Shown here: positions 12,274-24,954 of the stretch, piece by piece
How the letters are laid out: the number at the start of each line of letters is the position of its first letter
Position numbering within the stretch: position 1 is the stretch's first letter
Assembly: GCF_001194135.2 (NCBI RefSeq)
Contig: NC_068985.1
Coordinates: forward strand, 49,126,110-49,190,109
Length of the DNA stretch: 64,000 bases
Source: Octopus bimaculoides
Taxonomy: Eukaryota
Reading direction: 5' to 3'
Notes under the pieces: model-generated
Told to the model about the DNA's origin: nothing
Seen by the model: only the letters and a program-made list of their open reading frames with translations
Database searches by the model: none
Position numbers and translations under genes: made by a program

Positions 12274-13439
12274 ACACTGTGCACTTTATATTATATACAA
12301 CATGAAGCTCCTCTATATATGTAAAAATTAACACTTCCTTCTCCAAGCCTAGATTCGAAACCGAATCTAAGAATTCTCGGTCGTCCAAACCATCACGATT
12401 AACAGGCGCGAAAACAGGTTTTCTTTGTCCTGTCAAAAAGTGATTGATCATCTCCCTTTAACTGATGACCTCAGCCATGTCAGGCGAAGTTCAAATGGAC
12501 AGGAGCTGGACTATTTAGGTACAAACTCTGCTGCAGTATGTCTGTCCTTCTAGCTGCTACGATTATTATAAATACGGTGGTCAACAGACAGACGAGGAGG
12601 TGAAGGGCCTAGCAGGCAAACGAGAAAGGTCAACAACACAACAGGTTTTGGCGACCGCAGAGACCAGAGCAATGGCCGAAGTTTCACGGTAGACTACTGT
12701 CTCAGATGAACTACGTACACACACACACACAAACATATATTCATTTCTGACATATCATTTCCACAGATGTACCCTGTTTCTATTTCTAGCAACTCGTAGC
12801 AGTTGTCAACATTTTGCATGTAGTGAAGAATTATGTGTACCAACAACAAATTAAGTCCAGTGAATAAATTATTATAACTATGAATCGATTCACTCATTTG
12901 TTTACTTCAAAGGCATACACATTCCTTCTGCATCTGTTTACCATGATACACATATAACCACTACATATACAATATGACTATCATATACGTTAGAACTATT
13001 ATACAAAATATACGCAACTTTGCAACAAATAAACAAAGTAGGAAGTATTACACACAATTTCCGGGCTATTATGAACAGATATGAACAGACAAATTTTATA
13101 CATAATATATAAATAGATATTATAAAAGCAGGCATTTGTGACATTTTTGTAGCCTTATATATTGTTATTTAAAGAGAATAGTGAATAAATATATCAGAGA
13201 ATAATAGAGACTAGATACAGACACGGTTGTATAGTTAAATAGTTCACTTCACAACCACATACCGAGTGCAACGAGTGCACGGTCACAACTAAGGACAAAC
13301 ACGCGCGCACGCGCGCACACATACATACATACGTGCATACATACGGTGAGATTCCACGCAGTTTCCAACAACCAAATTCATTAAAAAGGCATCGGTCGGC
13401 TCGGGGCTATAAAAGGTTCCTTCTCGAGTCTTACCGACT

Positions 13440-13658
13440 CACAAGAGCTTCCGGACTTCAATGGCGTATATATTCCCCACCTGGACGGGACACCGGTCCG
13501 TCGCAGAATTACTCATTTTTGCCAACTGGGTGGACTGGGCCAACTTGAAATGAAGTGTTTTGCTCAAGAGCACAACGCTTTGCCCGGTCTGGGAATCGAG
13601 ACCACAATCTTAACACCATGAGTTCAATACCCTAACCGGTAAGTCACGCGGCTCCACA
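13440..13658 (-). mobile_element. SINE-C-related element
   Basis: Reverse complement has a tRNA-like head, GGTCTCGATTCCC, and the TTGTGCTCTTGAGCAAAACACTT motif shared with 20290-20392 and 27112. Confidence 0.7.
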
Positions 13659-13940
13659 GCCCGGATTTATAGTAGAAGACACTTTGCCCAAGACGCCACG
13701 CAGAGATGTAGTTCAAAGCGAGCTTCTTAACTTCACGGTGTGTGTGTTTGCGTGTGTGCGTGTGCGCGCGTACGTGTGTGTGTGTTTGCGTGTGTATGTG
13801 TGTGCGCGCGTACACATGCATCATAAGTGCGTATTAACAAACGTTCAACCCGTAAACTCACCAGTTTACTGTGTATAATGAGACAATATAGTGTAGTCAT
13901 TTCGATACTTCAGTAATTAAGCTAATATTTTAGAAACGCT

Positions 13941-14320
13941 GAGTGGCTGCATTGTAAGAAGCTAGATCCCCAACCGCAGGATTTCAGGTTCAGTTCCACT
14001 GCGTGGCACCTTAGGCAAGTATCTTCTACTATATCCTCGAGTGGATTTGGTAAACAGAAACTGAAAGAAGCCCGTCGTATATGCATATGTTTATGTATCT
14101 ATGTGTATGCGTCTTTGTTCCTGTGTTTGTCCCCTATTACAGCTTGACAACAGGTGTAGGTGTGTTTACGTATCCGTAACGCAGAGGTTCGACAAAACAG
14201 ACCGATAGAATACGCACTAGGCTAAATACAAAAAAAAAGGAGTCGAATTATTCGACTAAAAATTCTTCAAGGTGGTGCCCCAGCACGACCGCAGTCTAAT
14301 AACTGAGACAAGCAAAAGAT
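13941..14320 (+). mobile_element. SINE-D (CCTT(A/G)GGCAAGT(A/G)TCTTCTACTATA ... GGAAACTGAAAGAAGCCCGTCG, internal TA/TG microsatellite, GTC-AAATGACTGA-type tail)
   Basis: Same organisation as the copies at 34628 and 61938 and the minus-strand copies. Confidence 0.85.
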
Positions 14321-14781
14321 AAGCGATAAAAGATATTAAAAACATTAAGGTGTGGCCTGGTTCTATTTGTCAGTTATATATGACAAATCAGACTTCCTGT
14401 TTTATTATTTCTTTGTTCTAAGTCAAGCTTACAGCATTGTTGTAAAGATTTACACCAGTGAACTTAAACATCTTAGATAACTTAGATATGTTTCGACCAT
14501 ATATGTGTGTGTGTGTAAATGAGTAAGCACATAAATGTGAAACAAGGTGGAAAAAAGAGTACTCAAATACCAGAGGTAGAGTAATATTCTTTATTTAAAA
14601 GCAGCAGAAATATAACAAACGTTGAACCCGTAAACTCACACGCACGCACACACATACACACACACACACGAATACAAACACAAACACATACTACCTTTAT
14701 GAAGTGTGTGAATTTTATAAATGTGAGAAGTAGTTTATCAAAGTTGCCGAAGTTTTTCAATAGAAAACTTTCAATTTGAAT

Positions 14782-17062
14782 TGTAGTAACGCCGTGCGCA
14801 TGCGTAGTCACACGCATGCGTGGAATTAAACAAGCAAGCGTTCCCGCTCAATTCATTCTCTTTCTTGCTGGCCAGCAATAGAGCATGGACGTGTTTTTGC
14901 TGTCTCTCTACATCTTTCGGACTTACGCTCGACAGCTCGCTTACAACTACATAACAACGTCCCAACAACCATGCTCATACACACAGAAGCTGTAACAACA
15001 AGAGCTAAAGATGTATATATTTACCACCTGAATAAATGTTGATAGTCTGGAGTTCAGCGTTCCGTTATATTCTTTAATTTTATATAGGAAAGTCAGGTAT
15101 ACATCTAATGATGTATAACCAACTTTCCTATACTGGTGACCCCNNNNNNNNNNNNNNNNNNNNNNNNNNNNNNNNNNNNNNNNNNNNNNNNNNNNNNNNN
15201 NNNNNNNNNNNNNNNNNNNNNNNNNNNNNNNNNNNNNNNNNNNNNNNNNNNNNNNNNNNNNNNNNNNNNNNNNNNNNNNNNNNNNNNNNNNNNNNNNNNN
15301 NNNNNNNNNNNNNNNNNNNNNNNNNNNNNNNNNNNNNNNNNNNNNNNNNNNNNNNNNNNNNNNNNNNNNNNNNNNNNNNNNNNNNNNNNNNNNNNNNNNN
15401 NNNNNNNNNNNNNNNNNNNNNNNNNNNNNNNNNNNNNNNNNNNNNNNNNNNNNNNNNNNNNNNNNNNNNNNNNNNNNNNNNNNNNNNNNNNNNNNNNNNN
15501 NNNNNNNNNNNNNNNNNNNNNNNNNNNNNNNNNNNNNNNNNNNNNNNNNNNNNNNNNNNNNNNNNNNNNNNNNNNNNNNNNNNNNNNNNNNNNNNNNNNN
15601 NNNNNNNNNNNNNNNNNNNNNNNNNNNNNNNNNNNNNNNNNNNNNNNNNNNNNNNNNNNNNNNNNNNNNNNNNNNNNNNNNNNNNNNNNNNNNNNNNNNN
15701 NNNNNNNNNNNNNNNNNNNNNNNNNNNNNNNNNNNNNNNNNNNNNNNNNNNNNNNNNNNNNNNNNNNNNNNNNNNNNNNNNNNNNNNNNNNNNNNNNNNN
15801 NNNNNNNNNNNNNNNNNNNNNNNNNNNNNNNNNNNNNNNNNNNNNNNNNNNNNNNNNNNNNNNNNNNNNNNNNNNNNNNNNNNNNNNNNNNNNNNNNNNN
15901 NNNNNNNNNNNNNNNNNNNNNNNNNNNNNNNNNNNNNNNNNNNNNNNNNNNNNNNNNNNNNNNNNNNNNNNNNNNNNNNNNNNNNNNNNNNNNNNNNNNN
16001 NNNNNNNNNNNNNNNNNNNNNNNNNNNNNNNNNNNNNNNNNNNNNNNNNNNNNNNNNNNNNNNNNNNNNNNNNNNNNNNNNNNNNNNNNNNNNNNNNNNN
16101 NNNNNNNNNNNNNNNNNNNNNNNNNNNNNNNNNNNNNNNNNNCCACCACCAGGGACACACCATATCAACACACTCGGTTTTGTCGACTCTGTTAGAGTGG
16201 ATGTTTTCCACTCACGATCAACAGACCAAATTTTCCTTGTGTAACTTTCATTGAATATTCCGTACCGGGTAACCGGTCACAACTAGCATTCCGACGCTCA
16301 ACTATAGCTCTGCTCCTTGACCACAACTTCCTGAGTACGGACATTCAAAATCAACTTGTGTAACTCTTATACGAACTGGATTTTTTGTCTCTACAGACAC
16401 TTTTACTATGTTCTGTGTTTTTTCTCACACACACACTTGTGCACTCATACATTTTCTTTCCTTTCAGTAATAACAAACACTCAGACTTTCACATTCCGTG
16501 ATTCCAGTTCCTGGACAGTTGTCATCACGGTTGTTTTGTCATTATCATTTCATTTGTACATTGCATGCATGTATCACACGAGTGTACATTTCATTTCTTT
16601 AATTTTTCTTTGTGTGCTACATCTTGTGGGTGGTTTTCAGTGGCCATCCTGCCTCAGGCGTTCTAACAGATTTAATATTATCGTGCGTTTCTCGCACTGG
16701 CAAGGGAGCCCTGTAGTAACGCCGTGCGCATGCGTAGTCTCACGCATGCGTGGAATTAAACAAGCAAGCGTTCCCGCTCAATTCATTCTCTTTCTTGCTA
16801 GCCAGCAATAGAGCATGGACGTGTTTTTGCTGTCTCTCTACATCTTTCGGACTTATGCTCGACAGCTCGCTTGCAACTACATAACAACTATGCTTATACA
16901 CACAGAAGCTGTAACAACAAGAACTAAAGATGTATATATTTACCACCTGAATAAATGTTGTTTAAGTTGATAGTCTGGAGTTCAGCGTTCCGTTATATAG
17001 TCTATAATTTTATATAGGAAAGTCAGGTATACATCTAATGATGTATAACCAACTTTCCTATA
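14782..17062 (+). mobile_element. Apparently non-autonomous LTR retroelement (LTRs 14782-15132 and 16712-17062)
   Basis: Two ~351-bp direct repeats starting TGTAG and ending CTATA. PBS-like TGGTGACCCC at 15134-15143; purine-rich CAAGGGAGCC just before the 3' LTR. The visible interior has no ORF, but 1 kb of it is N. Confidence 0.85.
15134..15143 (+). promoter_or_regulatory. Primer-binding site of the LTR element
   Basis: TGG start complementary to tRNA CCA, 1 nt after the 5' LTR; truncated by the gap. Confidence 0.75.
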
Positions 17063-17404
17063 AATTTTTAAAATCTACGTAAAAAAACGCAAACCAAACC
17101 CCAATAATTTACGTCCCAGGGTTGAGTAATTATGTAAATGTAAACATATCTTATTCACTTGACTGAGGAGCACTTAGAAATAGTGGAGATCCATTAGTTT
17201 ATATCACATTTACTTTCGTGAAACCCTTAGATTTTAATATTTATTTTGTATTAAGGCCTGATAACTATGGGGTGTTTCTTTGGTGGGGGTGGATTTTTAC
17301 TTGTCAGACCACGTATTAACTTTCGATTTTGTCTATTTTAAAAACCTTTATTTCGCATTTTGTGCCATATCTGTTTGTTTCCTTAATAAAAATGTTCTCG
17401 CTGA

Positions 17405-17847
17405 AAGGTGGTGAGCTGGCAGAATCGTTAGCACACCGGGAAAAATGCTTAGTGGCATTTCATCCATATTTACGTTTTGAATTCAAGTTCCGCCGAGGTC
17501 GACTTTACCTTTCATCCCTACGGGGTCGAACAAATAAGTGTCAGTTGAGTACTGGAGTTGAGGAAATCGACTTGCCTCCTTTTCTGAAATTTCTGGCCTT
17601 GTGCCACAATTTGAAGCCAATATTTTCTCAATGTAATGCGGCGAGTTGGCAAAACCGTTATCATGCCAGGCAAAATACTTAGCTGTATTTTGTCCGTCTT
17701 TATGTTCTGAGTTCAAATTCCACCAAAGTCAACTTTACCTTTCATCCTTTCGGAGTCGATAAAATAAGTACCAGTTGAGCACTGGGGTCGATGTTGTCGA
17801 CATATTCCTTCCTTTTAAAATTGCTGGCCGTTTGCCAAAGTCTATAG
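17405..17847 (+). mobile_element. Head-to-tail pair of SINE-B copies
   Basis: Heads at ~17405 and ~17638; both carry the family core. Confidence 0.85.
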
Positions 17848-18108
17848 ACATTTCGATATTTCAGTAAATAAGGGTTTTTTTTTTTTTTCATATATGCTTT
17901 CTTCTTCATGTTTACTTTAAGCATTAACAATTCTAAATCCATTAGATCATTAGTATATTTCAAGACCTTCTCAGCCATATCATCCGAACGAAATAGTGGT
18001 TATGTGGATTTGGTAAGCTGGGGAGCTGTATGCTTTGAAGTGACTGTGTGTTGTTCCCAAATAAAACCTACCACGATATCTAAATTTTATTGACATGCTT
18101 TTTGTTGT

Positions 18109-18156
<48 letters not shown>

Positions 18157-18627
18157 ATTGATGTTACAATTGCTACTTTACATAAGTTGATATGCCGAAT
18201 ACCAGTTGCTAGTGTGAAGATGTAAGATTGGCGAGAGATGAGAATATATGCCTGATAAGAAAACTTTTAACACGAGGTCAGAGCAGCAAGGCTGCCGGTT
18301 AATCAAGAAAACCTCTGCAGTTTTTATATCCGCGCATTTCAATTTATAAGCATGATTTGGCGCAGAAACTGCATGGAATTTTTCATTGGATTATGCCACC
18401 ATACAAATGCACCCGAACAACAACTGACTGAAATGGGCCAAGATCACGTGATAAGTCGTGGCCTTTGTTACTGGACTGACAAAGCAGAGCAACAATTACC
18501 CTCCTGCCAGTGAGTTTGTTGAGAGACAAGCGAACAAAAACAATAAATAAAAAATTGTGTGAAGAATGCATGCATGTTTGAAGCAAAAAGTTCAGAAAAA
18601 TTTGAATGCTCTTTAAGGGAAATATTA

Positions 18628-18825
18628 ATTTCAAATTTTGGCACAAATCGAGGGAGGGCGCCGTTTACTTCGACCCCGGTGCGCAATTCTTACTTAATGT
18701 ATTGACCCCGAAAGGATGAAAGGCAAAGTCAACCTCGGAGGAATTTGAAATCAGAACGTAAAGACAGATGAAAAACCTCTAAGCATTTTGTTCGGCGTGA
18801 TAACGATTCTGTTGGTTCGCCGCCT
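18628..18825 (-). mobile_element. SINE-B
   Basis: Family core GACCCCGAAAGGATGAAAGGCAAAGTC on the + strand. Confidence 0.85.
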
Positions 18826-19685
18826 AATTGAATGGAAATATTCACACCAAAAATGAATCTCGAAAACCATTAGAAGGCAAAAGAACAATACGTGATATGC
18901 GCATAATAGTGAGAAAAGACATCATAGAAAGTATGTATAGAGATCGAACGCAGGATTAGAATGAGGTGTCATGCAGAAAGTTATCTGATGTGTGCATAAT
19001 GGTATGAAAAGATACCGTAGAAAGTATGCAAAGAAATCGAACACAGAGCAAGAGGTACTGCAAAACATTGCTCGTAGGTTTTAAAACGGGGTGCCATAAT
19101 CGACAATGAAATTGCTGGGTGAAAATACTGTCAACATAAATATATATATATATTTGTGTGTGTGTGTCTGGGTGTCTGTGTTTGTCTCCCCAACATCCCT
19201 TGTCAACCGATGCTGTGTGTTTACGTCCCCGTAACTTAGCGGTTCGGCATAGAGAACGATAGAATAAGTACTTGGGGTCGATTTGTTTGAGTAAAATTAA
19301 TTAAATTTAGTTTCATACCAGACTCGATTTCGGTACGAAATAATTTTTTTTCTGCGTATTTTTGGGCTGGGGTGGGGGTAGTCGTCTTAGTTGACCTCGT
19401 AAGCTGTCGGAAATGCACTCCTTCTGCGGAAAACGGAGGGAGTGGGGTGGACCCTCGGAAATTCCCCTTCCCAACCTCGTCTCCCGCGTTTTTTTTTGTT
19501 TTTTGTTTTTCGTTGCAATCGTCTTAATTGACCTCATACGTACAATCAGTTAATTCCATTTACAGATTGTATATTCTAATTAAAATGTTTATGTTTGGTT
19601 GTTCGCTGGAATGGAACGGATTAGCAAACGTCGCTTTGTTGTTCCTCTGACTGTTCAGAAGCGTGACAAAGCGACATTGCTTCTG

Positions 19686-20392
19686 GAGGAGGAGACCCCC
19701 TTCGGTCATGAATAACCATAGGATTGCACTTAGAAAGTTGCCCTCCGAGGCACAAATCCGGGCAAGGTTGTTTGTGGATGGCCAGCAGTCGCCCATGCAT
19801 ACCAGCCTTCCCTCTCCACGCCACTGATGTTATCCAAGGGAAATCAAAGGGGCCGATACAGCTTGGCTGCCAGTGATGTCGCAACTCATTTCTACAGCTG
19901 AGTTAACTGGTTGTTGTTGGCACTCCGTCGCTTACGACGTCGAGGGTTTCAGTTGATCCGATCAACGGAACAGCCTGCTCGTGAAATTAACGTGCAAGTG
20001 GCTACAGACACGTGTACCCTTAACGTAGTTCTCGGGGATATTCAGCGTAACACAGTGTGACAAGGCTGACCCTTTGAATTACAGGCACAACAGAAACAGG
20101 AATTAAGAGTGAGAGAAAGTTGTGGTGAAAGAGTACAGCAGGGTTCGCCACCATACCCTGCCGGAACCTCGTGGAGCTTTAGGTGTTTTCGCTCAATAAA
20201 CACTTACAATGCCCAGTCTGGGAATCGAAATCGCGAGTCCGCTGCCCTAACCACTGGGCCATTGCGCCTCCACTGAGTTAACTGGAGCAACGTGAAATAA
20301 AGTGTCTTGCTCAAGAACACAACACGCAGCCCGGTCCGGGAATCGAACTCACAACTTCACGATCGTAAGCTCGACGCTCTAACCACTGAGCC
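19686..20392 (-). mobile_element. SINE-C inserted in the Merlin transposase, itself split by SINE-A
   Basis: Joining 19686-19910 and 20286-20392 reconstructs the intact copy at 27112-27441. Confidence 0.9.
19911..20272 (-). mobile_element. SINE-A with 13-bp TSD
   Basis: ctgagttaactgg at 19898-19910 and 20273-20285. Confidence 0.95.
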
Positions 20393-21199
20393 TTACATCA
20401 AACCTGGCTCAGTTATCTACAGTGATTCTTGGGCAGCTTACAAAGATATACAAACATTGTGTTATCAGCATTACATGATAAATCACAAAGAAAAATTTTG
20501 TTGACACTATACATGCATACATACACACAAAAAACATCGAACGTTTTTGGCGAGATTTAAAAGAATGAGTGAAAAAACCGGGTAAACTATTTATACTAGT
20601 ACCTGGCCAGGTATTTATTTATCTCTGCTACAGAAAACGAAACAAATGCTGCACCAACGTTTTATTGAAGCAGCAAAATTATATACACCCCGTCCCAGAT
20701 CGCCAGTAAAGGATCGATTCCAAAACAAGTCCGGAGACAAAAGATATACAGGACTGCTCTAGGTTCCGCCCCACCCCATCCCTCCGTTTTCCACGGACAA
20801 AATGCATTTCCTACACATTATGAGGTCAATTAAGACAACTGCAACGAAAATAAAAAAAAAAAACGCATGAGAGGTGGTCGGAAAGGGGATTTCCTAGATT
20901 CCGCCCCTCCTCCGTTTTCCATGGAAAAAATGCATTTCCGACAGCTTACGAGGCCAACTAAGACGATTGCACCCCACCCCACCAAAAAAAAACCGCGGGG
21001 AAAAAAAATTATTTAGTACCGAAATCGAGTCTAGCGTGAAACTATAAATTTACCTAAAATTCTTCAAAGCGGTGCTCCAGTATGACCGCAGTCAAATGAC
21101 TGAAATAAACAGATAAATAAATATATACATAAATGATATGTCGTTGACAATATGTCAGTAATTTCCGACTTCTTATTACGTTTTATCACCTTTATTTAT

Positions 21200-21582
21200 T
21201 CAGTCCTTTATTTTCTTTTTTACTTCCCCCTAACAGGCTGGTCGGTCAGCTAAAGTTTACCTGTATTAAAAGCCTCAAGAGAAGATACAACAAAAGCCGT
21301 ACACAACGCTAGTAATAGTAGTAGTAGCAGCAGCAGCAGTAGAAGTAGTCTTTATTTTTATTTTTTTTCTTGTGTAGTCGTCATAGCCATACTTATCACC
21401 TGTCCCTATTTCACAGCGAAGTTTATTTTTAACCTGGAAACCTTGGCGACGAGCTTTTTAATCTATTGCCTGTTGAGTTTCATTATTTATCCGCTGCCTC
21501 GTCCAAGGAGAGGTCTTTATTACACGTAACATTATTTCTTGGTGTATTCAGTCTGTTTATATATTGTTTATTTATGTCACAG
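21200..21582 (+). promoter_or_regulatory. Candidate promoter / non-coding first exon of the lectin-domain (contactin-like) gene
   Basis: Repeat-free, CpG-retaining DNA. Inr-like TCAGTC at 21200; perfect donor CAG|GTGAGT at 21582/21583. The start-codon exon begins with an acceptor, so an upstream exon must exist. The link between the two is inferred. Confidence 0.35.
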
Positions 21583-21987
21583 GTGAGTCATTTCAACTAT
21601 TCCACTTATTAAAATATTGCCGTTTGTTTATACACACGCGCGTGCACACACATACACTAATTAACAAGGAATTATTCTTTTTTCGTATGTTGGTCACGTG
21701 GCGGGGCTTTGGAATAGCTGTCAAGCTGTCCTTCGACGTCTCATACTCCATGGAAAAGGGAAAATGATGTGAAAGTGATGGTGATGATGGATGATGGTGG
21801 ATATAAGAAAATAACTGGAGTTTTGAAAGATTTTTTTTTTTTTCCAGAACGATGATTTTTATTGTATGAAACACAGGGACATAGAAATACTTGAAAATGA
21901 TGAGCGGCGAGATCCCTTTTTCCTTTCTCCATGAGGTTCGGAACTTCGAAGGACAGCTATTCCAAAACTGCGCCTAAATTGGTTATA

Positions 21988-22217
21988 TTGGGTTGTCCGG
22001 AAAGTTCGTGCCGATTTATAGTAGCTTACCTTTCGACTTATTTGCCATGAAACTACCTCAATTCTAGGAAAAGGGTATTTTCGAGTTAGAGGAAAGATAG
22101 AGACGCATTGTGCAACAAAGTGGTTCATATTTTGTTGATTTAAAAATGTAATGGCAAGTATTTATTGACCATTTTTCTTTCCTTTAAAAATCGGCACGAA
22201 CTTTCCGGACAACTTAA
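21988..22217. mobile_element. Mariner-type MITE, TA TSD
   Basis: TIR TTGGGTTGTCCGGAAAGTTCGTGCCGATTT versus AAATCGGCACGAACTTTCCGGACAACTTAA; TA at 21986-87 and 22218-19. Confidence 0.9.
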
Positions 22218-23740
22218 TATTAACTGACATAAAGGACGGCGGAATTTAAAAAAAAAAAAAGGGTTGGGGTGCTTACACTTTACCCCTACCGGAAGGACTG
22301 ATAAAGAATTATGAAAAATCATTAATAAAATAATATGCCCCAAACTAGGTATCACAAACACACACTTACATATCAAGGCGGATATTGTTACACCCCCGTC
22401 CATATCTATATACACACATATCTGTGTATGTACTTTTCAATTACTCTGCTTTTTAACTTCCCCATAAGGTGTGTGTCACTGCGTGTATTCTCTCTCTTAC
22501 TCACCTGTTTTCCTGCTCCGAAGGATTATAAAAGAAAAGAACTAAGTATTTATTTCATCCTTTTTATATTACCTTTGTTCGTAGAAGATTATTTATAATT
22601 GATGATATTGTTTTATGGGTTTAAATTTTTTTTTTACGTTTTACTATTTCAGTACGTTACTCTTTCATTAAGGTTCACCGTCATATTAGTTTCTCCTTCC
22701 CCCACTTATTTCATCTTTAATTTTATAGGTGTTGAAGTTTAAGAAACTAATACCATGTATATCGGTAATATAAACCGCCCGAGTAATGCTTTACATTGAA
22801 AGAAAAGAAAAGTAGATATTTGATATTTCACGGACTATTATTTGGTATAATATGTGGATATTGTGTTATACGTATAAACTTCTCGATTCAACAGGTTTCT
22901 GAGTTAACTGTTAAATATTTTATCTCTAACGGTACCTGTTAAGTCGTTCCCACAACATTGTACCGAGCACACCTGTGGTGAAACGCTTTTTTTTTGAAGA
23001 TAATTATTGTTAATTTTGTTTTTATTTAATTAACTAAAAACTAGTTATACTGCGCCGCACTCTGTAAAACTGAGAGAAATTAGTTTTCCTCCCTCGACGC
23101 TCCATGTTCAAAATTCTTTTACAATGGAAAGTTCTAATTAATTTTTCTTTTCACTTTTTGATTTTTGACTTTCATATTTCTTAAGTTAAATTCTGAAATA
23201 CATTATGAATGTGTGCGTGTGTTAACCATTTCATAAAGCCTGTCGTTTGGGCTGTAAGAAACAGTAGTCAAACTCTCCCTCAAATCAGAAAATATTTTGA
23301 AAATGATCGACAATTTTGAAGGTTTAGTAAATTAACTAACTTTTCCGTTATTAAGCCAGCATTTGGAAAACATTTTAAACATTTTCAATTATAATTTAAA
23401 ACGAACATTCAGAAATTGGTCTTTTTTTAATATCTAACTTAGGTGTGTGGATGAAGTAGTTGAGCTAATACCGAAAAAATATCTCTGATAACATTTGTTA
23501 AAACAAGATAAATTATTTCAACAAAACTTTTAAACTAATGGAAAGCTATTATCGAGAAAATATCTGATAACATTTGTTAAAAATTTATTTCAAAAATTTA
23601 TTTCAAAAATTTTTAACTAAGGAAGTTTCTGAAGTTAACCTGAGTATTTATTAATTTAGTTTAATTTCTCAAATCAACCAACTAGCTTACAAAAAAATTA
23701 TTTCAAGGGAAATACACACACGCACGTGTGTGTGTGTGTG

Positions 23741-23799
<59 letters not shown>

Positions 23800-24954
23800 C
23801 GCACGCGCGCACCCATTTTAAACTATGATCGTATCCCAGCCGAGTAGAGAAAAGAGAGTGTGTTAAGCATTACTAATCGCTGCAGAAATATTTAAGTATT
23901 TTTTGTAACTGAGTTAGATACTCTCAGTTTAACTTTTTTTGTTAAAAAAAGAACCTATAAACTTCAGGCTCTATTTAACAACATTTTAATTGCTTTTCTA
24001 ACGGCCAATTTTCGATCTTAGGTAGTAACTGAACACTCAGATAAAACTGCCCATTATGGAGTTTTCACTCTAAATTATTTCTATTCTATTTTACTGGTTT
24101 CAACCAGAGGCCGAGACTATGCTTCGACACTGCCTTTAATATAAGAAATCTTTTAGTATGTTCCACACACTGATTTAGAAATGGAAATGTTAGGTTTCAC
24201 TAAACTTTCCAAATTATTTTCTAAATAGTTGAAACGCGCAAGTAATGCATTTTATGAGAAATAATGGTGGCGAAGAGCTTAAAAAGGTAGCTGGTTACCT
24301 TTTTAGTTCGTGTGAACCAATCAACTTATATAGCATTCGTGTACCGGAGAAGATTAAGATTTAATATTGTTTTAAGGTCTAGAACGTAAATGTAATTAAC
24401 ATAAACTAAGACCTAGTATTCCAGCCCCGCCTGTAAAAAGATATTTGGAATTGTGCTCTGTCCAAATATTAGGAGGGCGGAAGAATGACAAAATTGTTAA
24501 AACGTCGGACTAAATGGCTTATGATGGATAGTGGTGGTTATTTATGTTCTGAGTTCAAATTTCGTCGAGGTCAACTTCTTCCTTAAATCTTCCCTCTTCC
24601 CAGGGTCAATCAAGTACAAGGTCGATAAAATTGACCAACTCTTCTAAAATATTTCAGGTATGAAGCATACGATACCTCACTCCTCCAAAAAAAAAAAAAA
24701 CCTTAGCAAGACTGATATGGAGTACCCAGTAGTTCTTGTATACTACCGTTACCTTCTGAGTTCAAATCCCACCGAAGTCAATTTTGCATTTCATTTTGCA
24801 TATAACTACTATATACAAATGAGCGACTAATCAAGTTAACCAGCGTCGATATAATCGATTGTTCATCTTCTATCTCCAAATGTTTGGCCTTGTGTCAGTG
24901 TTAGAAATCTTTGTCTTCCATTATTATTCTATTAATATCAACTATACATTATAT

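Larger units (their letters stand above)
19300..21054 (+). mobile_element. Internally deleted Merlin (IS1595/IS1016-like DDE) DNA transposon with ~230-bp TIRs
   Basis: 19308-19540 is the inverted copy of ~20810-21044. The right end reads GGTAAATTT. Candidate TSD taaaatt(a/c) at 19292-19299 and 21055-21062. Peptides WLFAGMERISKRRFVVPLTVQKRDKATLL (~19600-19685), then YIKPGSVIYSDSWAAY..HYMINH and HTKNIERFWRDLK (~20394-20570), are typical Merlin DDE motifs. Confidence 0.85.
19155..21115 (+). mobile_element. SINE-D 3' half split by a Merlin insertion (19155-19299 and 21055-21115)
   Basis: The tail GGGGTCGATTTGTTTGAGTAAAATT resumes as TAAAATTCTTCAAAGCGGTGCTCCAG after the insert; compare the intact tail at 14240-14300. 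Confidence 0.8.

Noticed and set aside
14947-16254. Long ORFs of 350-400 aa, and similar ones at 2.2, 6.7, 10.7, 28.7, 60.9 and 62.2 kb
   Set aside because: They are runs of X across N gaps.
18110-18152. Long poly(T) as a retrocopy tail
   Set aside because: No poly(A) signal, TSD or processed ORF on the minus strand.
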